Under the pieces are notes generated by a model, which saw nothing but the letters and a program-made list of their open reading frames with translations, searched no databases and was not told where the DNA came from. The position numbers were made by a program, and so were the translations under genes. A DNA stretch of 47,467 bases, counting the filler, from Jimgerdemannia flammicorona (taxonomy: Eukaryota): assembly GCA_003990765.1 (NCBI GenBank). It is 2 parts of 2 records of this genome, joined end to end, with 100 filler letters (N's around TTAATTAATTAA, not from the genome) between each part and the next. Parts side by side here need not be neighbours in the genome. Positions count along the whole stretch, not along the records: positions 23,786 to 47,467 come from RBNJ01001081.1; 1 more part is not named here. The stretch is one strand, 5' to 3'. Positions 47,351-47,467 of the stretch are shown here, one piece after another. Positions within the stretch are counted from its first letter, which is position 1. Every line of letters starts with the position of its first letter.

Positions 47351-47467
47351 GTCACTTGGACTGCCCTTTATTACTGATCTATTCTATAATTACAACGATC
47401 CCACCCCCTATCCAATCCCCCTAGGGGGTCCCCCCCCCCCTATCCCTTTTTTGTGTTTTTTTTTTTT
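47318..47467 (-). mobile_element. 3' end and poly(A) tail of a LINE-family retroposon inserted into the G3 RT
   Basis: T30 followed by the reverse complement of ATCAGTAATAAAGGGCAGTCCAAGTGACTAT, nearly identical to the LINE end at 23650-23680. Confidence 0.85.

Noticed and set aside
47318..47377. Poly-Phe C-terminus on RT ORF 46862-47377
   Set aside because: It is read-through into the poly(T) of an antisense retroposon insertion.

Overview
This is a eukaryotic window made almost entirely of nested, decaying retrotransposons. A fungal origin, possibly an early-diverging lineage, is my inference from the element types and the CpG decay. I found no host gene, RNA gene or CRISPR array. An artificial 100-bp linker (N44-TTAATTAATTAA-N44, 23686-23785) splits the window into two halves that may not be neighbours in the genome. 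The left half holds a CpG-rich repeat (1-767), an old Ty3/Gypsy pol remnant with a dUTPase, a structurally complete Ty1/Copia (4582-9551; 124-bp LTRs, TGGAC target duplication), older Copia remnants, and an L1/Tx1-type LINE interrupted by a complete Ngaro-type tyrosine-recombinase retrotransposon (A1-gag-RT/RH-YR-B1-A2-B2). The right half holds three nested copies (G1-G3) and several extra LTRs of one chromodomain-bearing Ty3/Gypsy family. That family has a single Gag-dUTPase-linker-PR-RT-RH-IN-chromodomain frame and ~2.06-kb LTRs whose U3 carries a reconstructable ~365-codon ORF of unknown function. The U3-encoded gene, together with the NC-dUTPase-PR order, parallels the MMTV layout and is the most interesting system here. 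All coding regions are pseudogenised, mostly by C>T/G>A transitions.
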